Assembly: GCA_963849325.1 (NCBI GenBank)
Contig: CAWKHF010000004.1
Location: forward strand, 416,001-480,000
Reading direction: 5' to 3'
Length of the DNA stretch: 64,000 nucleotides
Origin: an uncultured Planctomycetota bacterium
GTDB lineage: Bacteria > Planctomycetota > Planctomycetia > Gemmatales > Gemmataceae
A model generated the notes under the pieces. The model did not search any database and was not told where the DNA came from. It worked only from the letters and a program-made list of their open reading frames with translations. The position numbers and the translations under genes were made by a program. Shown piece by piece: positions 14,011 to 22,170 of this stretch (positions are counted from its first letter, which is position 1; each line of letters starts with the position of its first letter).

Positions 14011-15551
14011 GACGAAGAATCTTCATGGTGCCGTGCCCATCCAAATATATTTGTCCGAGTCTGAAGCGTAAGCGAAGGGAACCTCTTCGCTTACGCTTCC
14101 GGCTCGGAGGGGTTCGGCGCAGGCGCGCCGGGCTGCTCGGAATTGCCCTGATAACGGCGCTGTCCTTCGCTGCCCCTACTCGCGCTTCCGATTGGCCTCA
14201 GTTCCGCGGTCCCAACTGTTCCGGCCGTGCTCCCGCTAGCGAGCGGCTGCCCGACCGCATCGGGCCGTCGGTGAACGTGGTCTGGAAGACGGCACTGCCG
14301 CCGGGACACTCCTCTCCCATCGTGGTCGGCGACCGCGTTTACCTTACCGCCGTCCAGGAGAAGCGGCTGCTCACCCTCGCGCTGGACCGCAAGGATGGCC
14401 GCGTTCTCTGGCAGAGAGAGGCGCCGGCCCCTGTGCTGGAGACGGTGCATCGCATTGGCAGTCACGCCCAGTCCACGCCGGCCGCCGACGGTGCGGGCGT
14501 CGTCAGCTTCTTCGGCTCGTGCGGCCTGTTCGGTTACGACCGCGACGGCAAGCTCCTCTGGCACCGCGCCATGGGTCCGTTCAAGAACGACTTCGGGGCC
14601 GGCAGCTCGCCCGTCCTCGCCGGCGACAAGGTGCTGCTCAGTCAAGATCACGACCAGGGTTCCTTCCTCATGGCCCTCGACAAGCGTAGCGGCGAGACGC
14701 TCTGGAAGACGGATCGCTCCGAGTTCCTGCGCGGCTACTGCACGCCGGTGGTCTGGGACGTCGCCGGGCGGAAACAGGTCGTGGTGGCGGGCACGCTGCG
14801 CGTGGCGGGCTACGACCTGGACAACGGCAAGGAGATCTGGACCGTTCGCGGCATCGCCCGCACCATCTGCATGACCCCCGTGGTCGGCGACGATGGCCGG
14901 CTCTACGCGGCAGGCTGGTCGGCGGGCGGCGACGCCGGCGCGCGCATCGAGGTGGAGCCGTTCGACGCCGTCGTCAAGCGGCTGGACAAAAACGGCAACG
15001 GCAAACTCGAGTCCGAGGAGTTGAAGACCGGCCCGATCGCCGAGCGCTTTACCCAGGTGGACGTGGACAAGGACGGCTCCATCACGCGGCAGGAGTACGA
15101 GCGCTTCCGCGGGCTGTTCCGAGAGGGACGAAACGTCGTGCTGGCCATTCGTCCGGGCGGCACGGGGGATGCGACGGACTCGCACGTCGCCTGGAGGAAT
15201 ACTCGATACGTACCCTTCTGTGCCTCGCCGCTGTACCTCGACGGACTGGTGTACACGGTCAAGGACGGCGGCTTCCTGTCCAGCCTGGACGCCCGCGATG
15301 GCGAGTTGGTCCGGCGCGACCGGCTGCCGGGCGGCGGCAACTATTACAGTTCGCCGGTGGCGGGCGACGGCAAGATTTATCTGCTCAATGAACGAGGACG
15401 GCTGACGGTGGTGCAGGCCGGCCGCGACTGGCGGGTGCTCGGCGCCAGCGATTTCGAGGAGGATACCTACGCCACGCCGGCCATCGCGGGTGGACGGATC
15501 TATCTGCGCACCGCCGGTCATCTGTATTGCTTCGGGCTGCCGACGCCGTGA
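14007..15551 (+). CDS. PQQ-binding-like beta-propeller protein with EF-hand-like insert
   Basis: DWPQFRGP, GHSSPIV, YYSSPV and TPAIAGGRIYLRT motifs; DKNGNGKL and DVDKDGSI EF-hand-like loops. Confidence 0.88.
   Translation: MRRRIFMVPCPSKYICPSLKRKRREPLRLRFRLGGVRRRRAGLLGIALITALSFAAPTRASDWPQFRGPNCSGRAPASERLPDRIGPSVNVVWKTALPPGHSSPIVVGDRVYLTAVQEKRLLTLALDRKDGRVLWQREAPAPVLETVHRIGSHAQSTPAADGAGVVSFFGSCGLFGYDRDGKLLWHRAMGPFKNDFGAGSSPVLAGDKVLLSQDHDQGSFLMALDKRSGETLWKTDRSEFLRGYCTPVVWDVAGRKQVVVAGTLRVAGYDLDNGKEIWTVRGIARTICMTPVVGDDGRLYAAGWSAGGDAGARIEVEPFDAVVKRLDKNGNGKLESEELKTGPIAERFTQVDVDKDGSITRQEYERFRGLFREGRNVVLAIRPGGTGDATDSHVAWRNTRYVPFCASPLYLDGLVYTVKDGGFLSSLDARDGELVRRDRLPGGGNYYSSPVAGDGKIYLLNERGRLTVVQAGRDWRVLGASDFEEDTYATPAIAGGRIYLRTAGHLYCFGLPTP
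14054..14108. repeat. REP-like palindrome, family B, inside the predicted 5' end of the PQQ gene
   Basis: TCCGAGTCTGAAGCGTAAGCGAAG...CTTCGCTTACGCTTCCGGCTCGGA; matches 955-1009. Confidence 0.8.
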
Positions 15552-15658
15552 GCCGTACAAACTTCTGCCTCGGAACAGTTTGGCAAATCTGCGTACCATT
15601 CAACCGCTGCTCGCCTACTTCGGCCGCGAGTTGTCCAAGCCATGACCGTAAGAAGCTC

Positions 15659-15789
15659 CAAGAAGAAGAGCCTCACGCAAAGGCGCAAAGAACGCAAAGG
15701 AAAAGAGTAAAGAAAGGTCAAAACGGCTCGCGCCTATTATTTGTCTTTCTTTGCGTTCTTTGCGCCTTTGCGTGAGGCTCTTCTTCTTG
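15659..15789. repeat. Long palindrome, 9-bp-periodic CGCAAAG family
   Basis: CAAGAAGAAGAGCCTCACGCAAAGGCGCAAAGAACGCAAAG ... CTTTGCGTTCTTTGCGCCTTTGCGTGAGGCTCTTCTTCTTG. Confidence 0.9.
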
Positions 15790-15871
15790 TTCGTCGTCTC
15801 GGCGTTCGCTAAGTTAGGGGCGGGACCATCTCGCACCGGTCCACGCCTGCCTTCCCTGCCGAGACGCACTC

Positions 15872-17353
15872 GTGAACGACACTTCCGATTCCGTTGCGGT
15901 CCACGCGGCCCGGCCGACGCGCGTGCGGCACCTGGTCCTGGCGGCGCTGTGCGCCATTACGACCATCAACTACATCCAGCGCAACAGCCTCGGCGGCGCG
16001 GAGACGACGGTTCGCGCCGACCTCGAATTGACGAAACAAGACACCGGCGATGCGATGGGCGCCTTCTTCCTGACGTACGCCCTGTGTCAGGTGCCCAGCG
16101 GCTGGTTGGCCCAGCGCTGGGGCGGGCGACGCGCGTTGACGTGGTATGCGGCGGGCTGGTCGATCGTGATGGCGTTCACGGCCGCGGCCTCGAACTTGCC
16201 CGCCCTTATGAGTGCGCGCTGGGCGATGGGCGCCTTGCAGGCCGGCATTTTCCCCTGCTGCACGATGATCTTGGCCTCGTGGTATCCGGTCACGCGCCGC
16301 GGCTTCACCTCGGCCCTGCTCAACAGCTTCATGCTCAGCGGCGGCGTTCTCGCCTCCTGGATGACCGGCAAGCTGATCGGGCCACTGGGGTGGCGCTGGC
16401 TGTTCTTGCTGTATGCCCTGCCGGGCCTGGCGTGGGCCTACTGGTTCGCCCGATGGTTCCGCAATCGGCCCCAGGAGCATCCCTCGGTGAACCCAGCGGA
16501 GCTAGCGATCATTTCTCCGCGGACCGTCAACGTGCCGGCATCCAACGCCTTCGATTCCGGCCGGCCGGCCCAGAGCTTTGCCGACGCCGCGGAGCCAGAC
16601 GAAAGCATCGCGGCCAACCGAGAGGCGCTCTCGACCGAGCAATCCCCGAAGCCGCTCTGGGTTCGCGAGCGCGACGCCGAAGTCCGCGACCTGGTCCAGC
16701 GCAGTGCTGAAGCCGTCGATTCCCTGGGCCGCGATTTTCCTCAGTTCGGCGCTGTGGTTGATCTGCATCCAGCAATTCTGTCGATCCGGGCGCTGCGCTT
16801 CTTCGACATGTGGCTGCCAACCTACTTGCAGGAAGTGCGCGGTCAATCGGTGAAGGATGCCAATTATTTGACCAGTCTGCCGTTGTTAGCCGGCATGATC
16901 GGCGGTCCCGTCGGCGGCATTCTCTCCGATTTCGTGCTGGCGCGCACGAGAAGTCGCCGGGCCGCTCGGCAGGGCGTGGCCATCGGCGGCATCCTGGGGG
17001 GTCTGCTCGTCTACGTGCTGGCGTATCAAGTCTCGGACTTGACTGGGGCCGTGCTGCTCGCCTGCCTCGGCCTGTTCATCATGACGTTCTCCTCGCCCTG
17101 CGCGTATGCGCTGTCGATGGACATGGGCGGCCGCAATCTCGCGGTGATCTTCGCCATGATGAACATGGCCGGCAACCTGGGTTCGTGGGCCTTCACCAAG
17201 TTCGTTCCGCGCGTCGTGAACGGACGCGGCTGGGAGACTGCCCTGCTCATCTTCGCCGCCATGCACGTCGTCGCCATCGTCTGTTGGCTGCTGCTCAACC
17301 CTAACGGGATTATCGGCGAATCGGCCGACGCCATGACCGCTTCCAAGGAGTGA
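15872..17353 (+). CDS. MFS transporter (anion:cation symporter-like); probable compensating frameshifts mid-gene
   Basis: RPTRVRHLVL, INYIQR, YALCQVPSGWL, GWRWLF, WLPTYL and MNMAGNLG motifs. Confidence 0.88.
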   Translation: MNDTSDSVAVHAARPTRVRHLVLAALCAITTINYIQRNSLGGAETTVRADLELTKQDTGDAMGAFFLTYALCQVPSGWLAQRWGGRRALTWYAAGWSIVMAFTAAASNLPALMSARWAMGALQAGIFPCCTMILASWYPVTRRGFTSALLNSFMLSGGVLASWMTGKLIGPLGWRWLFLLYALPGLAWAYWFARWFRNRPQEHPSVNPAELAIISPRTVNVPASNAFDSGRPAQSFADAAEPDESIAANREALSTEQSPKPLWVRERDAEVRDLVQRSAEAVDSLGRDFPQFGAVVDLHPAILSIRALRFFDMWLPTYLQEVRGQSVKDANYLTSLPLLAGMIGGPVGGILSDFVLARTRSRRAARQGVAIGGILGGLLVYVLAYQVSDLTGAVLLACLGLFIMTFSSPCAYALSMDMGGRNLAVIFAMMNMAGNLGSWAFTKFVPRVVNGRGWETALLIFAAMHVVAIVCWLLLNPNGIIGESADAMTASKE

Positions 17354-17566
17354 ATATCAGGCTGGGCCAGTGGATCTGCTCTCTCGCGGGCGCTCTGGCC
17401 GCGATCTATCGTCTGGCCGGGGCCGCCGATCATTTGCAGCGCAAGTGATCCTCTTGCCCCGTGGAGAGAATCTTCGATTTTTGGTGAACCATTTGCCGCC
17501 GTCCGCGTCTATCCAATGTGTGAGGACGAGCGATCCCAGCAATGGATCGCGGAACCTGGTCCCGAG

Positions 17567-17671
17567 ATGACAATGCATAAGGATTGCGGATTACGAAGGA
17601 AGGACCAATCGGCCAGGCATCTGGCTGATCGATGGGCGAATGGCCTCCCCGCTCATCCTCCGCGCTGGTGA
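17567..17671 (+). CDS. Putative 34-aa leader peptide MTMHKDCGLRRKDQSARHLADRWANGLPAHPPRW
   Basis: Open frame from ATG 17567 to TGA 17669-17671; the stop lies inside the antiterminator 5' arm; RBS weak. Confidence 0.5.
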   Translation: MTMHKDCGLRRKDQSARHLADRWANGLPAHPPRW

Positions 17672-17740
17672 CACCAAGCTCCTTGGGAAAGGCGGCTTGC
17701 GAGGCCAGGTGTCACCACGAGATGCCTGGCCTTTTTGTTT
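17611..17740 (+). promoter_or_regulatory. Candidate transcription attenuator upstream of the tRNA array
   Basis: Mutually exclusive pairings: 17702-17713/17721-17732 (terminator), 17666-17675/17708-17717 (10-bp antiterminator), 17611-17622/17720-17731 (12 bp). Confidence 0.65.
17702..17740 (+). terminator. Intrinsic terminator immediately before the first tRNA of the array
   Basis: AGGCCAGGTGTC-ACCACGA-GATGCCTGGCCT then TTTTGTTT (12-bp stem with 2 G-U pairs plus U-tract). Confidence 0.75.
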
Positions 17741-17813
17741 GGGCTGGTAGCTGAGATGGTTGTAGCGGCGGTCTGAAGAACCGCAGACGAGGATTCGAGC
17801 GCCTCCCGGCCCA
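17741..17813 (+). tRNA. tRNA-Phe(GAA), array
   Basis: GGGCTGG/CCGGCCC acceptor; GCGGT-CTGAAGA-ACCGC anticodon arm; TTCGAGC T-loop. Confidence 0.8.
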
Positions 17814-17898
17814 CTCGGACAAATGGATTCGGTGTTCGGATCAGGAGAACAACCATGCCACAACTTTCTCGCTTCAAACGTCGCGCCCTCCCCTATTG

Positions 17899-17970
17899 GG
17901 GGTCGTGGCGTAAAGGCAGCGCACAAGTCTTTTAAACTTGGAGGTGTGGGTTCGACTCCCACCGGCCCCA
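17899..17970 (+). tRNA. tRNA-Lys(TTT), array
   Basis: GGGGTCG/CGGCCCC acceptor; CAAGT-CTTTTAA-ACTTG; GTGGG-TTCGACT-CCCAC. Confidence 0.88.
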
Positions 17971-17995
17971 ATGCTCTGATGGACAGTGAATAGAC

Positions 17996-18067
17996 AAGTC
18001 CGAGGTGTTAGCGGCAGCATAACCGGCTCCAACCCGGACGGTGAGGGTTCAAGTCCCTCCGGACTTG
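17996..18067 (+). tRNA. tRNA-Trp(CCA), array
   Basis: AAGTCCG/CGGACTT acceptor with G73; CCGG-CTCCAAC-CCGG; GAGGG-TTCAAGT-CCCTC. Confidence 0.8.
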
Positions 18068-18090
18068 CTGATGATTGCTTGGCGACCGAT

Positions 18091-18162
18091 GAGTCCAAGG
18101 TGTTAGCGGCAGCATTTTCGGCTCTTACCCGAACGGTGAGGGTTCAAGTCCCTCTGGGCTCA
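18091..18162 (+). tRNA. tRNA-Lys(CTT), array
   Basis: GAGTCCA/TGGGCTC acceptor; TTCGG-CTCTTAC-CCGAA; D and T arms identical to the preceding tRNA-Trp. Confidence 0.8.
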
Positions 18163-18182
18163 CGGTTTGGATTGTCTTCGTG

Positions 18183-18255
18183 CAGCGTGTGGGGTAGCGG
18201 AGTGCCCGCCACCTCGGGAGGGTGGAGAACGCTGGTTCAAATCCAGCCACGCTGA
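18183..18255 (+). tRNA. tRNA-Pro(GGG), array, C33
   Basis: CAGCGTG/CACGCTG with A73; CCACC-TCGGGAG-GGTGG; GCTGG-TTCAAAT-CCAGC. Confidence 0.8.
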
Positions 18256-18302
18256 CTGTAATCATTGGCCCTCCGCTTCGTATCAGAGGATGGAGAGATC
18301 GC

Positions 18303-18376
18303 CGAGGTGTGGGGTAGCGGGAGTGCCCGCCTGCTTCGGAGGCAGGAGAACGCTGGTTCAAGTCCAGCCACCTCGA
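18303..18376 (+). tRNA. tRNA-Pro(CGG), array
   Basis: CGAGGTG/CACCTCG with A73; CCTGC-TTCGGAG-GCAGG; GCTGG-TTCAAGT-CCAGC. Confidence 0.85.
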
Positions 18377-18428
18377 CTTCGCCGCCCGGGCCGACCGCCC
18401 ACGGCCCGGGCGGCTGGCAGGGGCGAAG

Positions 18429-18502
18429 GCCCAGCTGCGCCAAGCGGCAGAGCGACCCGGCTTAAACCCGAGTGGATGAGGGTTCGACTCCCTCGCTGGG
18501 CA
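18429..18502 (+). tRNA. tRNA-Leu(TAA), array, short variable region
   Basis: GCCCAGC/GCTGGGC acceptor; CCCGG-CTTAAAC-CCGAG; 5-nt variable loop; GAGGG-TTCGACT-CCCTC. Confidence 0.75.
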
Positions 18503-18518
18503 ACGGCACGAATCCTAC

Positions 18519-18592
18519 GGCCTGCAAGCTCAAACAGTTCGAGCAGCCGGTTGTCAACCGGAAGGGTGCGGGTGCGAGTCCCGTGCGGGCCG
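18519..18592 (+). tRNA. tRNA-Asp(GTC), array
   Basis: GGCCTGC/GCGGGCC with G73; CCGG-TTGTCAA-CCGG; atypical T-loop TGCGAGT. Confidence 0.8.
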
Positions 18593-18602
18593 CTGCAACG
18601 AT

Positions 18603-18678
18603 TGCGGAGTGGACTGGAGGCAGTTTCCAGCACGGTCTCATACGCCGTCCGACGCCGGTGCAACTCCGGCCTCCGCAA
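18603..18678 (+). tRNA. tRNA with CAT anticodon (Met, fMet or Ile2), array
   Basis: TGCGGAG/CTCCGCA acceptor; ACGGT-CTCATAC-GCCGT; atypical T-loop TGCAACT. Confidence 0.7.
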
Positions 18679-18695
18679 CTGATTTCGGGTAAGAG

Positions 18696-18774
18696 GGCCG
18701 AGTACGCAAATCCGGCAAAGCGGCCAGGTCGAGAGCCTGGTGATCGATTGCGGGTTCGACTCCCGCCTCGGCTA
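18696..18774 (+). tRNA. tRNA-Leu(GAG), array, C33
   Basis: GGCCGAG/CTCGGCT acceptor; CCAGG-TCGAGAG-CCTGG; GCGGG-TTCGACT-CCCGC. Confidence 0.78.
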
Positions 18775-18863
18775 CTGATGACAGAAGGATGTCCGCGGTC
18801 GGCAGGAAAGACAGGCCGGGCGCCCGCGCCGATTGTCGTCTGTCGCCGGCCCTTCTGCATCGT

Positions 18864-18936
18864 GGTCCCGTAGTTCAACGGCTTGAACACCCGGCCCACA
18901 TCCGGGGACGAGATGGTTCGACTCCATCCGGGATCA
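18864..18936 (+). tRNA. tRNA-Val(CAC), array, C33
   Basis: GGTCCCG/CGGGATC acceptor; CCCGG-CCCACAT-CCGGG; GATGG-TTCGACT-CCATC. Confidence 0.8.
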
Positions 18937-18941
18937 CTGTC

Positions 18942-19012
18942 GGGTTGCTCGTCCAAGGGAAAGACGCCGGTATCGCAAGCCGGAAATCGGGGTTCAACTC
19001 CCCGGCGGTCCA
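18942..19012 (+). tRNA. tRNA-Ala(CGC), array
   Basis: GGGTTGC/GCGGTCC with the G3-U70 Ala determinant; CCGGT-ATCGCAA-GCCGG. Confidence 0.8.
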
Positions 19013-19020
19013 TTGACATG

Positions 19021-19091
19021 GGGCCTATCGTCCAACGGGAGGACGCCAGCTCGGCAGACTGAAAATCCGGGTTCAATCCCCGGTGGGTCCA
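19021..19091 (+). tRNA. tRNA-Ala(GGC), array, C33
   Basis: GGGCCTA/TGGGTCC with G3-U70; loop TCGGCAG, imperfect anticodon stem; CCGGG-TTCAATC-CCCGG. Confidence 0.72.
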
Positions 19092-19687
19092 CTCTCCCTT
19101 GTCACCCCGATGGTGAAATGGACATCATCCCTCGCTTCGAACGAGACGTTCTGGGTTCGACTCCCGGTCGGGGTAATTCCGTATTCTCCCCTCTCCTCCG
19201 GCCAGGAAGCCGCCCCCTGGTGGGGGAATAGCCCGCTTTGCTTCACGGCGTCCAGACCCTCCCGCAGTTCAGTCCGCAACCGACGCTCGATCTCTTCCTT
19301 GCGGGAGTCGTACCCAAAGATTGCCTCAGCGCGTGCGAGGGTCCACCACAGGGAGCGTTCCTCGGCGGATTCACCCGGATACTCGTCGAGATGAATGCGA
19401 TGGTTCGGGGGTCGCTCCTCGTTCAAGGCTCGCAAGGCGGCGGCGGCCTCCGGCAAGGACAAGCGCCCCTCGATCAAATCGACGACGACCGCTTCCATCG
19501 CCTTCGAGTTCGCCTGCACGAGTTCACCATCCTCCTGGAGACGTTCGCGGTCCTGGGCCGTCTGCCACCAGTCGGCGAAGGCTTGTCGGCCGTCAGTGGA
19601 CAAGGCGATGCCGGCGTACAGTACAATCGGCAGCGAGGCCGTGAGCGCGAGAAACCGGAATGCTACCGTCATTCTGCGTACCCCCAA
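19073..19687 (-). CDS. Hypothetical membrane-anchored protein; true 3' end probably upstream of the tRNA array
   Basis: N-terminal TM, then helical LIEGRLSLPEAAAALRAL region; the C-terminus runs antisense into tRNA-Arg, so it is suspect. Confidence 0.5.
   Translation of the reverse strand: MGVRRMTVAFRFLALTASLPIVLYAGIALSTDGRQAFADWWQTAQDRERLQEDGELVQANSKAMEAVVVDLIEGRLSLPEAAAALRALNEERPPNHRIHLDEYPGESAEERSLWWTLARAEAIFGYDSRKEEIERRLRTELREGLDAVKQSGLFPHQGAASWPEERGEYGITPTGSRTQNVSFEARDDVHFTIGVTRESGPTGD
19104..19175 (+). tRNA. tRNA-Arg(TCG), array
   Basis: ACCCCGA/TCGGGGT acceptor; CTCG-CTTCGAA-CGAG; CTGGG-TTCGACT-CCCGG. Confidence 0.8.
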
Positions 19688-20199
19688 AAAGGCAGCGGGG
19701 TCCGACCGTCATTCACCGCTATTCTGATAAACGGCCGAAAGAGCTGTTTGGAGACAGGGCAGGATGCGATTCTCCGCGCCGACGCGAAATGAACTCCGGA
19801 TGTCGAGCCGGTTGAGAGAGGAAGAGATGGTGAAAAAGGATGCGAGCGGAGGCGACAGAACGGCAATTGAACTTTTTATCGCCGGCATCCAGGGCTGGGA
19901 AGCCGGCTTGCGGCAGATTATCTCGGGGAAATCGAGCAGCGACACGCAATCGTAAATCATTGTGTGATCTTTGCTTCCGAACAGACTCTCGGCATGGAGG
20001 GCCGACCGCGCGGCAGTCTACCCAGAAATCGACTCTTACGAATCTCATCTCCCGCGCCGATTCCTCCAATCCGCTCATCCCCCTCTGATCGGCGTATTCG
20101 GCAGGACCATACCGCTCCTTTCCTCTTGCCGCCAGTACGAGACGGTACGAACATGAGGATATGGCCTTCCCCTGGTGGTTCCTCCTCGGTCTCAACCGC

Positions 20200-20769
20200 A
20201 TGAAACTCTTCTCCGCGATCCGTTGGGTTCTCCGCCTCCTCTTGCTGCCCCGCAGCCAACTCGTCCTGGAGAATCTGGCCCTGCGTCAACAACTGGCCAT
20301 CTTCAGCCGACAGCGGCCACGACCATCGCTGCGCCGCCGCGACCGACTCTTCTGGATCTGCCTATCGCGGTGGTACTCAGGGTGGCGCTCAGTATTGGTC
20401 CTCGTACAACCGGACACGGTCCTCCGCTGGCACCAGCAGGGCTTCCGTCTGTGGTGGCGCTGGAAGTCCCGGAGGAAGCGAGCGGGGCGTCCGCCGCTGG
20501 ACAAGGAAGTCCGTGACCTCATCGGCCGCATGGCTCGTGAAAACCCGACCTGGGGCGTTCCGCGTATCCGGGCCGAACTGCGCCTGCTGGGCCATGACGT
20601 CGCCGAAGCCACCGTGGCCAAGTATCGGCCGCAGCCACGTCATCCCAAGCCGCCGTCGCAGACCTGGCGGACATTCTTGAGGAACCACGCCGGCACGCTG
20701 GCTTCGATGGATTTATTCGTGGTGCCCACGATCACATTTGATCGGCTCTGCTTGCCCATCGCGTCGTAG
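20200..20769 (+). pseudogene. Truncated rve-type integrase/transposase
   Basis: LENLALRQQL, VQPDTVLRWH, RMARENPTWGVPRI and TWRTFLRNH...MDLFVV motifs; ends just after the first catalytic Asp. Confidence 0.8.
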
Positions 20770-20821
20770 CCAGCGCTGCCCGTTCGAGTGGAAGTCAGCG
20801 TCATTCGCCCTGGACTCCTTC

Positions 20822-21121
20822 TTATCCTTGTCCGTCACCGTTGTAAGAATAGGTGTAGGTAGCGATCGGACCTCGCGTGTCCTCCGCGAGGGGCGCCAGC
20901 GGGAGAGGGAGGGTGGAATACTCTTCCACGCGAACGAACCCGCTCATGCCATCGTAGGTATAGCTGTAGGCGGAATCACATTCGCTCCGCTCGCGGAGGT
21001 CGGCCGCGGGGGGTCGTCGGGGAGCGGTGGCGGTTCGGGCCGGACGCGGGCAGAGCCAGGCGGTCAAGCCAGCTAACACGCTGCCCAGTAGGCGGCGGCG
21101 AGAGAGTCGATCTGTACTCAT
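20822..21121 (-). CDS. Small exported protein with twin-arginine-like signal and YD-like motifs
   Basis: GGAGGA RBS; SRRRLL plus hydrophobic stretch; YSYTYDG and YTYSYNGDG. Confidence 0.65.
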   Translation of the reverse strand: MSTDRLSRRRLLGSVLAGLTAWLCPRPARTATAPRRPPAADLRERSECDSAYSYTYDGMSGFVRVEEYSTLPLPLAPLAEDTRGPIATYTYSYNGDGQG

Positions 21122-21193
21122 GGCAAATCCTCCAGAAAAGCAACGGTTCCTGAGACGAATGACGCTGACTTAAGACCTACTTTCCGTGAAAAC

Positions 21194-21420
21194 CTAACAC
21201 GCATTGTCAATGGGCGCTCCATAGCCGTGTGGATTTCTTCGTGGAGTGATCACGCCTTGCAACGTCTTACGCTTGTCCGCAGGCGACGGCCGACGCTCCT
21301 CCCTGTCCCACGGCGAACGGCTCCGATCCACCAACTCGGCCTCGTCACGCGACGACGCCCACGCCTCCACCACTCTGTACAGTACCCGGTTGGCCAGCGT
21401 GCCGGAGAACGGCGCCGGGA
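21194..21420 (-). pseudogene. Transposase C-terminal remnant
   Basis: VEAWA...ELVDRSRSPWDREERRPSPADKRK resembles the C-terminal tail of planctomycete IS transposases; abruptly fused to the stalk remnant. Confidence 0.5.
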
Positions 21421-22167
21421 AGGCGGGTATGCCGCTGGTGCCGTTGGCGTCCGTGTATGTCCCCGAACCCGAGTACGACCACGAGGTGCCGCCGCTCTCC
21501 GAGCCGTCCAGGTCGTCGTCGTCCTCGCCATCGCTGCTGTCCGAATAGTTGTCTTGCAGCGTCGTCGTGCCGCTGCTGCTGGTCGTGCGTGTGTAGGCGC
21601 CGGTGGAACTGTTGCCCGATTCGGTGATGGTGCTGTTAGTGGTGCTGGTCTCGGTGTAGGAAGCGCTGCCGCTGGACGTGATGGTCGTGTCCTGGATGGT
21701 GATGCTACTGCTGCTGCTGCCGCTGCCAGAATATGCGCCGTCGAGTCGTTGCCCGACTGCTGCCACGACTGCGTCGCGCTGCTGCTGGCGCTCAGGGTCG
21801 AGGTGCCGGCGCTGTTGGTCGCCGTCTGCTGCACGCTGCTATGGGTCGTGGTCGTGGTCGTCTGGCTGTTGTCGCCGGTGGACTCGTCGTCGCTGTTGCT
21901 GCTGGTGCCGCTGGTCGTGCTGGTCTGCGTCAGGGTGAAGTTGGTGTTCGTGGCCAGGTCTTCGCCGCTCTCCGTGATGGTCGTGCCGCCGCCGCTGGTC
22001 GTGGTCAGCGCATCGCTGCCGGCGTCGTCGTCCTCAACCCAGTTGCCCGAGCTGTTGATGGTTTCGACGCTGACGGGGTTGCCTGTCGTGTCCATCCAGC
22101 CGCTCTCGATGATGGTGCCGCTGCCCGATACCGCTCCCGAGACCGTGAACGAACCGGAGCCGGAATA
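21421..22167 (-). pseudogene. Second orphan cassette: truncated stalk remnant of the giant toxin, no toxin domain retained
   Basis: Near-identical to 28050-28690 and 25150-25790 (GNPVSVETINSSGNWVEDDDAGSDALTTTSGG); starts right after the immunity gene stop. Confidence 0.85.
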
Positions 22168-22170
22168 GCC

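Noticed and set aside
17611-17740. T-box or known metabolite riboswitch
   Set aside because: No T-box consensus or recognisable aptamer; leader ORF plus alternative stems fits better. An Rfam search is still needed.
17591-19231. Many 60-200-aa ORFs over the tRNA array
   Set aside because: They are translations of tRNA sequence on either strand (e.g. GFEP, RVRLP motifs), not genes.
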